Below the pieces are notes generated by a model that had not been told where the DNA came from, did not search any database, and saw only the letters and a program-made list of their open reading frames with translations. Shown piece after piece: positions 24,305-36,800 of a stretch of 64,000 bases of DNA. Source of the DNA: Podarcis gaigeae (Eukaryota). The stretch lies in NCBI GenBank assembly GCA_964106915.2, contig OZ066918.1; one strand, 5' to 3'. How positions within the stretch are numbered: position 1 is the stretch's first letter; every line of letters starts with the position of its first letter. The position numbers were made by a program, and so were the translations under genes.

Positions 24305-24512
24305 ATGAACTCAGCGGGGCTAACTTCTGCCCCGCAAGCCTTTGCACCTCCGCGTCTCCTTTCCGCTCTATATGTAAGAGAGTGAAGGTCAGGCTGGCAG
24401 CGCGAATAAGGGCCCCGCTGCTGAAGGCCTCGCCCGCCATGACCTCCTGGTCCACAGGCAGGGCAAGAAAGTGCCTTTTCCTTGGGGGGGGGGGGAGTCT
24501 TAAATTTCAAAC

Positions 24513-24551
<39 letters not shown>

Positions 24552-25330
24552 GAATATCAAATGTGTGTGGTTTCTCCACCGACGACTCGCCATGTGCGAG
24601 GAGGAAGGTGGGCTCCCTTCACCTCCCCGTCTCCTTAAGGGAAAGGGAAAACGATGTGAGGAAAAGCGACGCGGGACAGCGAGCGAGGTTTTCCTCAGAG
24701 CCTTTTCCCGCTGCCCCCTCGCAAGACAGCCCTGAAACCGAGCGCAGAGTGAGGGGCGGGGCCCCCGGCGGAGTCTCGCTGCCCCCCAACGCCTCTCGAG
24801 GGGGCATGAGGGGCGCCATGTCAAGGGCGCCCGCGGGCGCAACGGCGGCTCCTGTCAGGGCACGAGGCGGGCGGGTGTCCCTCGCGCAGCGGCAGCCGCC
24901 GCCGGCTGGCCCCGCCTCACCCGGCGCCTCTCCCCCACTCACCCCGTCCGCCCACCCATATCCCGCTCAGGAGGGGCCGGTGGGCTGCCGAGCGCCTCAT
25001 TGCAGCAGCACCAGAGAGGGAAAGAAGTCCGCCTCCTGCCGCCGCCGCCTCTTCATCCCCAGCAGCAACTTCCTTGCCCAGCTCCCCGCCGCCGCTTCCT
25101 TCTTTCCCTGCTTTGCAGTAGCAGCAGCCGCCGCCGCTCCTCCTCTCCTCCCGGGGACGATGCTCTGGCTCCTCAGCGGCAGCTCCCGAGCCGTGTCCCC
25201 GCGGCACCTCCGCTCCCCCGGGCTCCCCTTCGCCGCCTGGCTCCTGCTGCACCACCTGGGGGCAGCGCCCATGGCTGGGGCTTCCTCCTTCCCGAGACAT
25301 GCGGCTCTGCTACAGCCTGCGCTGTAGCGA
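24305..25330 (-). other. CpG-island cargo resembling exon 1 plus the start of intron 1 of an unidentified gene
   Basis: Very high GC/CpG, GGC/GCG runs, GC boxes, donors GG|gtgagt (exon end 24943) and CGG|gtgagg (24921), and gccgcATG at 25300 open through the first donor. Confidence 0.55.
24514..24550. repeat. (ATT)n microsatellite inside the hAT cargo
   Basis: About 12 perfect ATT units. Confidence 0.95.
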
Positions 25331-25757
25331 CTCCGGAGGCGGCGACTCCGGAGGCTGCGAGTGCGCCCCCCCAGATGTTGCGCCCGGTGCGGCCGGCACC
25401 CCCTGCACCCCCCACGCTACGCCACTGCCCCTCCCTACAGCTGTCTAAGTCCCCTCCTCTCCAGGGCTTTCCCCAAGCAATCATGGACTGTGCCTTTGTG
25501 CAGCCTGCTGCAGCTCTGCCCGTTTCAGCTCTCTTCTCAATCAAAAGGACTTTTTTTTTTAATGCCAAAGTTGTGTCATCAATGAGGCTGTAGACTGAAG
25601 GGCCATAAGATGTGGCATAAGTGTGTTCCTCCTCTCCTGTTCCACCCATGATACTGCCCCATTATCACCAGCATATCTGAGGTGTACCACTGGGATATCT
25701 GTTATGCAGCATATCTGGTGCTTTGCCAGTGTAGCAGAGCTTCTACCATACCCTATA

Positions 25758-25969
25758 CAGTGGTACCTTGGGTTACAGATGCTTCAGGTTACAGACTCCG
25801 CTAACCCAGAAATAGTACCTCGGGTTAAGAACTGTGCTTCAGGATGAGAACAGAAATCACGCGGCAGTGGGAGGCCCCATTAGCTAAAGTGGTACCTCAG
25901 GTTAAGAACAGTTTCAGGTTAAGAACGGACCTCCAGAACGAATTAAGTTCTTAACCCGAGGTAGCACTG
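25758..25969 (-). mobile_element. pogo/Tigger-like MITE
   Basis: TA|cagtggtacct...aggtagcactg|TA; same family as 23514-23747. Confidence 0.88.
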
Positions 25970-26964
25970 TAGTTCCTCAGCTGGTATATCTTGTGTATAG
26001 GGTTGTATCCCCCCAAAATCCCATCTCCATTATAGTATTATACTATTATAGATTACCAAATATTTCAGAGAAAGGTTTCTATCAGAGAAACATATCTTGA
26101 AGAAACTGCAAAGCGTGTTAGGAAACCTATTTGCATAATGGGATATCAAGATATATGTTTGTATTAGCGTCATGAAAAGGATTTTTAATGGAATAACTGC
26201 CTTTTTGTAGCTAAGTAATTAAGTGAACAAGAGAGATTTTTATATAAAAAATCAATAGTGCAGTATTTCAGTGAGTGATATTTTGGGAAGTTCTGGCATA
26301 AGTAACAGTTTTTCATCCTCACTAGATCACATAGAATGCACTATTATTTGGAAATTTAAATTACTGCATGCTTTTATAAAAAATATGTAAATGGGTTTTA
26401 AATGCAAAGAGTAAAGTACATATTCACAGAGACTGGATTTTTTTAAAAAAACCCCACGTTTTGAAGATCACATGGATTACAGATAACACTTAGTTTAAAA
26501 AGAAGCAAAAAAAAATTATGAGGATATGACTGTATTTTCTAAACCCATTAAGAGAGTTAACACAGTAGGAGAGCTCAGCATATGCTTAAATATGAAAAAT
26601 GTGAACATCTTGTGATCTGCCTATTCATAATTCTAAAATCGGTGTCCATAAGATTAATATCAATTAGTGGTATCAAATCCTGAAGTAGCACCCCCAAAAC
26701 ATTTACGGGAACTAAAGAATACCATTTATTTCTGCACAGGGTAGGATACATTTCTACTCAGGGGGGTAGCATGCTGGGGAGGCCTAGGGCCCCACATACA
26801 GGTCACATTCACACCATACGTTCAAAGCATGTGGCTTTCCCCAAAGAACCATGGGAATCTGCTTATCTCCCAGACATGGGAACCACCCAACCCAAAGCGC
26901 TTCCATCTTTCCAGGAGTCAAATACAGGTTTCAAACACCCATACCGGCCTCCAGCCTTACCCAC

Positions 26965-27130
26965 TGTTATGTACTGAAGTTCTCACCCTGGGCCAGCAGG
27001 GGGATACTGTAGATAGTTATGCAAATAAGGGATCAAAAGTGACGTTCAGTGATTGGATAGTTTTAGAAAGTTGTTACAGTAACGTTGTACTGGAGCTCTA
27101 TATAAGCAGGCTGACTGAACCCTTCAGTTC
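26965..27130 (+). promoter_or_regulatory. Compact Pol II promoter-like cassette, probably a truncated LTR U3
   Basis: TG start, CTCF-like ggccagcaggggga (26991), octamer atgcaaat (27019), tgacgt (27040), attgg (27052) and tatataa (27099). Confidence 0.5.
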
Positions 27131-28303
27131 ATACATGGGCATACATGGTGAAGACATTGGGGAATCCTATGTCTACAGTTGCACACCAAGTTACATCCAT
27201 GTCCCAGTATACAGATCTCTTTGCCGTTTGCTATTTTTTAAAACCCCCCTGCAAAGATGAATTTAACATTATGGCTAGTGGGATCTTCAGATTAACTAAT
27301 CTATACAAAAACACCAGGCTTATGGTTTATGCAGATGACTTCAGGGCATACGGCACAAGGCTTTCTTGAGCCCACCCTGTTTAGGATTTTCAGAAACACT
27401 TCTGCCTCAATATTATCAATAAACCTCTCAATAATAATGAAAGCCTTTTCACTCTAATGTGATTGCTTGTGTGTATCCTCTCCCTGTGTTGCATATCTTT
27501 AGTGCTCGTTTTAATCCTAACTACTTGTGTTCAGTCAATAAAGCAGTCTGTTGAGCAGACTACATACAGCGCATTGAAAAATAGGCTATAATCTTAACTG
27601 TAAACAGAATGATGTTTTCCCCAATATTCTGCTGATTCAAGCCTGGTGAACCAAACATTCAGTCAGAGAAGCATGGTTCTGTTTTGCAGGAATTTCTGTT
27701 CTTTGTGCTGTTTCTTTTTTCAAACAGCAGTCTATCACAGCCAGGTGCAAGACATTAATGGAACTGCTAACAAAAATCTCTTTCCCCCCACCCCTTACAT
27801 CCACACTCAGGCAGTAAATGAAAGGTAATCCATTTCAAGCATCAATAAATCTAGTTCCAAGTGAGCTGTCCTGCAGTTACCAGTACACAATGTGAATGCC
27901 TTCCATTTACAAGTTATTTAATGTGTAATCTGTTTTTATACATAGCCTTTCAAAAAGAAAAGAAAAGAAAGGATTTGATTCAGTGGGCAAATTCAACTAA
28001 GACCTTTTGCTTTGAGTTTTGCCCTGTACTCAACTAAATGGAAGCAGATTAAACAACAATCTTTATTTTTGCTATCTTGTGGAGTCCAAATTAGGGCTGA
28101 CCTTGAAGGTACTTCGAAGGTTGTAGGTGGTTCAGAATGTTTTCTTGCAATCTCAGGGATGTCATAGGAGCTCACAACCACCCATGTTTGAATTGGGCTA
28201 CTTTTCATCCATATAGCCTAAGTGATATGAGAGCCCATCTAAAACTTCTTCACAAAACTCGGTGTGGTTTCTGAAGGTGTTTTCAAAGCATCTTTCATAA
28301 ATC

Positions 28304-28458
28304 NNNNNNNNNNNNNNNNNNNNNNNNNNNNNNNNNNNNNNNNNNNNNNNNNNNNNNNNNNNNNNNNNNNNNNNNNNNNNNNNNNNNNNNNNNNNNNNNN
28401 NNNNNNNNNNNNNNNNNNNNNNNNNNNNNNNNNNNNNNNNNNNNNNNNNNNNNNNNNN
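28304..28458. other. Assembly gap (N run)
   Basis: N bases. Confidence 1.
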
Positions 28459-28527
28459 CTCTGGAGTGTCTCTGGTCTATGGGGTCACAAAGAGTCGGAC
28501 ACCACTAAACAAGTAAACAACAACAAA
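28459..28527 (+). mobile_element. BovB 3' end adjoining the gap
   Basis: ctggtctatggggtcacaaagagtcggacac followed by aacaacaacaa. Confidence 0.75.
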
Positions 28528-30717
28528 GTGCAAGAAAAAAAGTGAATTTACATTGCATGTGCCACAATGAGCAGCATGAAGTTTAAGGTGCAGACGTGCA
28601 CCTCTGGACATGCACAAGGAAGCCAGCTAATTGGCTTTACATTTTGCAGCAATTGCCTGGAGACTCATGGTGCAACCCTGTCTGCTGGTAAAGTGTGAAA
28701 CAGCCCTAAATCACATGCTTCCTTCAGAAATAAATAAATTTATATATTAATATTTCTGAAGTGGCGAAGACCATATCTTTTGCTTATGGTTAAACAACAA
28801 AGTGTCATATATGGGAAGTACTTAAATCTAAATGCTTGTCTCTTTCTCCAGTAACAGGGAGAATAAAATGGTTGGTGGTTACTTGCCACTGCCAGTCTCG
28901 CTACAGGCTTCATCTCTCCAGAAATACTGTTGCAGTTACTGTTATGTGCTGTTTGTGTGTGGGAGGGAAAGTGAAGGACAAAGGCAAAGGGTCATATCCT
29001 GACATTCTTTACCCCCATAGTATAGCAGTTGCATGAATGCCATGCTATTTCAACAATTGCCTCCATTCATACAAGGAAGCAAAACAGAGTTGTTTTTCAA
29101 AAGCTTTCAGATTTTGAATTCATCATAGGTTGTGAAATATAAAATTAACTCCCCAAATGTACTCCACATTTTTTTTTTTTTTTTGACAGCTAGATGCTTT
29201 TAAATACTTGTCCTTCTCAACTTCACAACCTTGGAAGTTAAATCACAGTAAATACAATTTTGTACTCTGTTGCATGGAGCATAAGGATCAGGTCTAACAC
29301 TCTAGTGCTGAGATTTGCTTGCTCACACTGCACCAAAACAGCAGCCATCAACATTTTTGCTTCAGTATGGTGGGAGCCCATAGATAATTGAAGGGCCATC
29401 AGTTCCCAGCAGTCCATCTTAAGGTCTGTTGAGTAGTCTTAATGTTATCACACAGTGGCTTGTGTGCCATTTGGGGATTATTTTGGGTGGAAGAAAAGAG
29501 ACGTAGGGGGGCACAGTTCTACCACCACCACCACCACCATTTTGGGACTCTTAATCAAGGTCCTCACACTGGGTGTCCTTAACTTGAAAAAATGATGTAG
29601 AATGCTGATAATTGTCCCAAAAGCTACACTGTGCACAAAAAGAATAGCTGCAATATTTGGGTGATATGTGCTTTGAAGATCTTGTGGTAAATGCCCAATT
29701 ACACCACCCTCTGGAACCAGGGGAGGTAGTGGCGGGAAACAACAAATTTTGAAGGCCTGCAGCGAAGGATGTGATGTGGATATATTTTTTAATATCACTG
29801 TGATGGCATGGGCTGCAGCCTTCACTGTGGGCCAGCCAACCCTCTATACTGAGTGGAGCGGTAATACAGGAATGGGGTGAATAATAAGACCCCAGACATA
29901 CTTTAAACCCATTCATACTCAGTTTATATTTAAGGGTTTTCTGTGTTAACGAGTTGACAGTTCTCAAAAAGAAGTTTTAAACTTACTTTTAAAAAAGTTT
30001 CAACAGCTTCCCCCATTAGAGCAAAATAAAAATAACAGAAGAAAATGCATCTAGTTAGACCAGACTTTTTCTGTAACCAAAGCAACACTTAACAATTCCC
30101 AACCCTCAGGTTCCACTTGCAGCCTTTTCTCTAGGATTCTTTCTTCTACAGTGCTTCTAGTGTGCTTTCTGACATCCAGAGTGTTCCAGCTCCTTTTACA
30201 ATGTTTCAGCTCCTTCTCTTGCTTTTACATTAACTTTCCCCTTATGTATGATATTCCAACTCACTAATTGAAAGGAGAATCCTTAAAAAGTTTCCAGTTT
30301 CCCTATTTTGTTACATTTTTTTCTCCCCCCACCTTTTTTTTTTTTGCCTAAAGGTTTCATTTGCCCCTTAACAAACTAACTGAAAATGTCACTTTTAACC
30401 TTTTCTGGTTAGAACAGGCTTTCTGCCCCATTTAAAAACACGGAATAGAACTGGGGCTGGCCCAAGACATTTTGCTGCCTGAGGCGAAGGACAAGATGGC
30501 ACCCTCATTCCACATAGAGAAACTGGCAGTTGTTGGCAGAACAACATATTCCACTGCATGGAAGGTCAGCAAGCTAGCTTCAAGCTTGTAGGACAGACAG
30601 TATACATTGCCTGAGACGGCTGCCACACTTTGCCTAATAGCAGAGCCGGCCTTGAACAGAACATAAAATGGTGCAATGGTTTAATTCCTTCACATTCTCA
30701 TAGGTGCTTCTGAAGAA

Positions 30718-30851
30718 NNNNNNNNNNNNNNNNNNNNNNNNNNNNNNNNNNNNNNNNNNNNNNNNNNNNNNNNNNNNNNNNNNNNNNNNNNNNNNNNNNN
30801 NNNNNNNNNNNNNNNNNNNNNNNNNNNNNNNNNNNNNNNNNNNNNNNNNNN
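30718..30851. other. Assembly gap (N run)
   Basis: N bases. Confidence 1.
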
Positions 30852-33800
30852 TAGCCCTCTGCCTCACTAAATAGTGCCCCTACTACCTGGTACTATGAGC
30901 TGCAGCAAAATACATTCATTTTGCTTTTGAAGGTGTGGAGTGGAAGTTGTTCCAGTGCAAGTCTAAATCACACTTGTATTTGTATTAAGATCTGAGGTGG
31001 CAGCTTCTCTGTGCATCCTGACAATGAGGGAATCTAGATCTCTTGGGGCCTGTGAGAAAACCTTCTTTGTTGCACTCCCTTCCTGAGGCTTTCTTTCTGC
31101 TTTTCCTCCAGTCACCTGGTTTCAGCTTGACAAGGTTTAGGATTGACAGGTTAGGATTTTGAAATGGCATGTCCTACTATTTTCATGAGTTTTCATGTCC
31201 CACAGTCATCTATTTTACTGCTACTGACTTTTGTTTTGGATGGTGTACTGCTATTTGTTTTTAGATGACGTTAGCTGCCCTGAATACTGCTTTTACTGTG
31301 GAATGGTGGGTTTATTTTCTAGACAAAATAACTCCATAAAGATTCAGGCCGATAGTTTTGAGGGTCCAGTTTGGCAGAGGCAATGACTTTGCTCAAAGCC
31401 ATCCAGTGAAACTGTGGCCAAGGTGAGATTTGAGCAGTTGTTCATGAGGCACATCGTCCCATGCTTGCTCCTGGGATAATGTTTCTTCTGGGCACCTTGA
31501 CGAGCCTAAAATGAGAAGTGCTGCACTCCTGTGGCAAAGCCCAGGCAGATGTAAATGGCACTGGTGGTTTCCATGGGAACAAGAGGAACTGTAGCAAAGA
31601 CTTACAGCTGTTTCATTAGAATGCATATGTTAGAGTGAAGTGGTGATGAAATGATAGTGGTGCTGGATAGACATAAGATTTCTTACAATGGTTGACAGTA
31701 CCATGGAGGAAAGAAGCATACACAGAGAATCATACACTCAAGTACCATTGGCAGCGAAGGAATGGATTTGTAGGAGATTTTGAAAAATCCCAAGAGCAAC
31801 TAGAATCTGTTGCTTTGGCCTGCGTTCACCACCAGTTTTTAAACAGTGTGTTTTATTCCATTTTCTATGCTGAGGGCATGAGAGTGTCTTGTCAATTTGC
31901 TCTAAAACAAAAACAAAAAACCCAACCCCAGAAACACAAGCCATTACCGGTACTTTACGGCACACCTTCTCATTCAATTTAAATTTATACGAGTGTAAAA
32001 TGGCTTATTATTGCCAACTTAGAATGAATTTAATGTGCAGCTGGCAACAAAGTCAGCCATGCTGATTTGAGCAAGTGTCCTGTTTGTGGGTTCCCAGAGA
32101 TTTTGGATGGCCTGTTCTGGAAAAAGAATGTTGAACTAGAAGGACGTTTGATTTGATCCATCAAGGACATGGAAGAGCTTTCCCTTTGTCACTTGGGATG
32201 CTTGAGCAATTCTATCTTTGTGAGATGCAGTGGGAGCTGACCTGACCCACCTCCCAGGCCAATGTGCAGATCAAAATGCAAATATACCTTCAGATCTCTC
32301 AGTTCGCTGAATGTTGTGATGCAGTTCTTGAGCCGGGTTAGGTGGGGTATATGTACCAAAACACGATAAAATATATTTAGAAATGCAAACTTTGAATTAA
32401 AAAGACATTTAGAAATGTATACTTTTTGAGGAAAATTTGTTCACAAATGCATACTTTAATATGATTTTTTGTGCATTTTAAAACAAAGTTTCACAGCTTA
32501 ATGTGGAAATGGTACAGAATGAACTTATGAATGAATCCTTACAAAATTAACATGGGCTGGAAATAAACTGTTCACCCATACCTAGTTGCCACTGCTAACT
32601 GTCACTGGTTATGAAAATATCCCTAATACCAATTATGGGGGTTGTGTGTGTGTTAAAAGAAAATGGCACCACACCCACACCGAATATGAAGTACTTGTGA
32701 AATAATTACTATTTCTTCTGTTCATTGACAACCCTGGCTCAAACCATGACTATTCTGCTTGGGCTGATCTTTTCCATGTCTCCAAGGAGGCCACTAGATA
32801 ATGGGCGATCAGGTCATGTCATTCATTTGCCAGGAGTAGACATAAAAGAGGTAATTACATACCACTTCCTCAGTGTGCAGTGTTGCCTGGTGGCATGCAA
32901 TAGTATAGTTTCTGCTAATGGTAAACAGCTCAAACGACTTGCTCATCAAGTATCCACTGTGGGCAGTCACAGAAGAAAGGCAGCCTCTGGAAAAAAAGAA
33001 CAGAATAGTTCTTTCTTTCAATTCCTCAGCAAATTTCATAGATGTGTACTTGGGAGTTAAACTGCATTATTATGCTCAAGTATAATAGGATGATGAACTA
33101 TTTTCGACAGAAAGTCTATTATTCCAGACCAGGGTGTTATTACAGAATCTACATGAAGGATTTTGGGGTTTGATTTCCTCTGTTTCTTTCCACTCAAAAG
33201 CTGTAAACGGTTTAACGCTTTTGAATTATTGCTCAGGCCTTCTCATTCGGTTTCATTGCGACCTTGAGCAATTCATTTGCAAGAGTTTTGCTAATGGCCC
33301 TAAAAAAAAAAAAAAAGAGAGGAGGGGGAAAGATAGCAATGAGTTTCACTTTGATAAGAATACTAGAGGTATGCTGTGTATTATTTTAATGTTGTTTTTT
33401 ATGAAATCTCTGTTATGTTATCATTATAATTCTTCATACTTTGGGGCTTTGCCTTTTGTCATTTCTACGCTATTTCTCCCATTTCTATAAAATACATTTC
33501 TCAGCCAGAGGTAATGTAATGACCAGGCTTTGACCTCCCTTTTTATGTTCCTCCTACTGTGAAGAGAAATTGAAGATGAAATGTATAGAGAGCTAATAGC
33601 TGCACAGCCTTCGTCAATCTAGGAAGTATAAAGATCCCAGCCATGGGACACAGTTAAATATTAAAACTGTATTATGTGCTCTAAACAATTTCTGATGCAA
33701 CTCCCCAGCATGTTTTAATGATCTAAGAAGTTATTGCATTATGAGGGTTTAATTTGAAAGTCTCCCCCTTTCTCTTTTTTATTATGATTATTGAATCAAA

Positions 33801-36800
33801 ACTTTTCCCTGATGGCATTTCAGGGAAGTTAGGTAATCATAAAGAAATACAGCACACAGTGCCTTTTTCTTATTATACATTCCTTCAGCCATTCCTTAGC
33901 ACAGCTTATCTAATTATTTGTTATTGATCAATTATATGTTTTCATGATATCCAATAAATGAATAAGAAAATAAACACAGTACTTCCAGGAATAGCTGAAT
34001 GAATTTATCCAATTTTAGGGAGCATTCCCATTTTATTTTTCCTTTTAGCAGCTATGTTGGAGCATTTGAACAAAATGTGAGAATATTTTTTTTGATCAGT
34101 TGAACTGCTGGCATGCTGAACTTTTGCTTGTCAGAAGTACTGTGCTAATCAGATTGTTTTAATGCATCGTGGATCATTATATCTTATTACGTTCTTCCTT
34201 TCCCCACATTATTGTCATGTTCTGTTGTGAAGAAATAACACAAACTTGAATTACTGAGGGCCAAACTGCCCACTTTTATTTTGGAGGAACTCCTGCCACA
34301 TAATCTGATCTGGAACATCTTCCCCATTAGGATTGGGTTCCTATCTTGATTTTCTGCTGAAAATCACCCTGTATCTGGCTGTTACTTTCCTCTGAATGAT
34401 GACAAAGGTGCTGTTTTCAAGCAATACTTTCTGGTGCAAAAAGCGGTCAAGAGAGTTATGTTTGGCAGAAAACTGATGTGGGATACCAATTCAGATGTAG
34501 GAGATGTAGAAAAGCATGGGAAAAGTATGTCATGTAATGGAAAAGTGGCTTTCTATCACTATTATTCCAGACTGACACTCCAGGAATAATCAGGCCAGAA
34601 CCATGGACAGTAGTGCCATCTTGGTCCATCCCTGCCAGGAGGCCTAATGATGCTAAGAGGTCCAGGAGAGTTGCACACCCTCTCTGTTCACATTTCCATG
34701 CGGATTATCCAGCAGGGAAACCAAGACAGTTTCATTTCCAAATCCAGGCACAAGCCAAAACTGGGATTAATCTAACTAATTATTTCAACCTAGGAAACTC
34801 TAGTGCCAAAGCACAACCGCAAATATTATAAACACAAGCTGAAATACATAAGCACAGACGCAAAATCCATGCCTAATACAACTTCACTGGACTTTCTCAT
34901 TGGTGGCATAACTACTGCCAAATCAAGCCTAATATATGAAGTCTGTGGTGCACAGCTGAAACTACCCAGGGAAGCACTGGAGACTGTTTTATACATGGAG
35001 AGAACAGACAATATGCTGAGCATGGGAGCAGGAATTGCCTCCAAGTATCTTCTGTGCTGTTCCAGGGAATCCTGGGGAACTTGCATGCTACATGGATTAT
35101 CTGCTACAGCTGCTTTCCTTCTTTAAAACATTTCTCTGTTTTTCAGAGGGAAAGAGCTTCCTTGCCACCACAAGGGCTCACAGAATCCACTTCTGTTGTC
35201 CATTTCTTAGTCCCCACAACACAGGAATATAGTTTAAGAGCATGTGAACATCCACAGATAACAAGGACTCCTCCAAAACAAAGTTGATGTGAACAATCAT
35301 TTCTGACCAGCAAGAAAACACCATAGGATGCCCACATCATATGCTTCAAGGTTTTTATGACCATTTTGTGGGGGAGTGGAATGTGTTCATAGTGTACTGA
35401 TGTAACAAGGTGCAGGAAAATGCAGATCCATATACTTTATTAGGTATAATGCAATCAATTATTTTCTTTGAACCAGTTATATAGAGGTTTAGTATAGAAT
35501 GCGAAAGGAAAATATGCATTATAATTATTCCGCTCCTTTATTATTGTTCATTGATTCACCTTTTCCTTTCTTCCTCATTGTATATAATATATATTTATAT
35601 TATATGAAATAATAAAATAATGAAAAAAGAGAAAAAAGAACAAAGAAGGAAAGTGCCAACTCCTAGGGACTGAGGTCCCTTCGGCCCCTGTAATAAAACA
35701 TTTGAGGAAGCCCCCCTCCAAAGTTGATGGGCATTGCCATTAAAATGGTGTGCATGTGCCACTTTTTGTGATTATGTGGGGCAAGACTTGCCTCCTGCCA
35801 TATTTTATTCAAATTGGCACCCCTGATTGCCAGCATCCACCTCAAATAGCCAACATACTGTGTGCTGCCCTCTTGTTGTTTAATGGTTCAATGTTTATGA
35901 ATTTTGTATTGAATTGGTTTCTCTTTAACGCTATAGATTTATTGGAGCATTTTTAAAATTGTTCACTTTGCCTTGTTGTTTTGCCAATATTTTGATGTCA
36001 CTGGAATCATTTTCAGTAGTTTGTTAGCCACTTTGGGTTTCCCTTTGAAGGAAAAGCAGAATTCAAATAAAGACTAATATAAACAGAAAGTTACAAACTA
36101 TGTCAGATCTCCTCCCAAAGATATTCACAAACTCTGGAATTCTATTGAAAACATTCTTGGCTCAGGAAACACCTCATGAGAAGCAAAAGGCTGCAGATTT
36201 TTTACTTAAAGAAAAGAGCTTTGTTGACTTGAGGTAGATGATAAGCATTGTGGGGAAATGTATAATGTACAGCTTTCTCTGTGTTGGCTGTGCCTCAACA
36301 GAGAATAAGAAACACTGCTTTATTTCCTCTGATCATAAAAAACCACCCACAACCTCCAGAAATTATATATATATCTATATGAAAACTGTTTCTTTCCATG
36401 GGCATAAACTCCAAAACATACTTATGACAAATTTACTCTTTATCAGCAGAATAGTTTGGTCTATTTTAGACCTAAGACACATTCTTTTAGTTGAGAAAAT
36501 GTCAGGCAAACTAATCTCTCCCACTTTGCTTGAATAGACAACTGACCTTCCTAACACAAGTCAAATGATCGTTGTCATTATGACTCTTTTATGATCTTAC
36601 TAATGAAGTCCACAGTTTATGCTTCTAGTCTGATTAATAATGCTGGAGAATTAACCAAGCAGAGATAATTCATTAGGCTGATCACAGTTCTTGGCAAGTG
36701 TATTTATTTTGTTTTTAATTAGTTACAGAAAAATAATATGGGAAATTGTCCTATCTCTGCATGTCTGTATGACTCCAGTGGAAAGTCTTGAGATGCATGA

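Larger units (their letters stand above)
24020..25427. mobile_element. Composite non-autonomous hAT element (1408 bp) with captured CpG-island DNA
   Basis: Perfect 17-bp TIRs cagtggcgtagcgtggg / cccacgctacgccactg; exact 8-bp TSD cccctccc at 24012-24019 and 25428-25435; a second, internal right TIR ends at 24166. Confidence 0.85.
23852..25540 (-). mobile_element. Probable old LTR-like repeat (23852-24019 plus 25428 to ~25540) interrupted by the hAT composite; distal boundary uncertain
   Basis: Starts tgtcaaag and has tttatt (AATAAA on the minus strand) at 23905-23910, an LTR R/U5-like arrangement. The flanks rejoin at the cccctccc TSD. Confidence 0.45.

Noticed and set aside
24082-24735. ORF with a poly-Ile 'transmembrane' run
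   Set aside because: The run is the (ATT)n microsatellite and the ORF crosses repeat boundaries.
24563-25327. 254-aa plus-strand ORF and other overlapping ORFs, read as a native gene with its promoter
   Set aside because: Overlapping ORFs in all frames are expected from extreme GC content, no domain is recognisable, and the region is bounded by transposon TIRs and a TSD.
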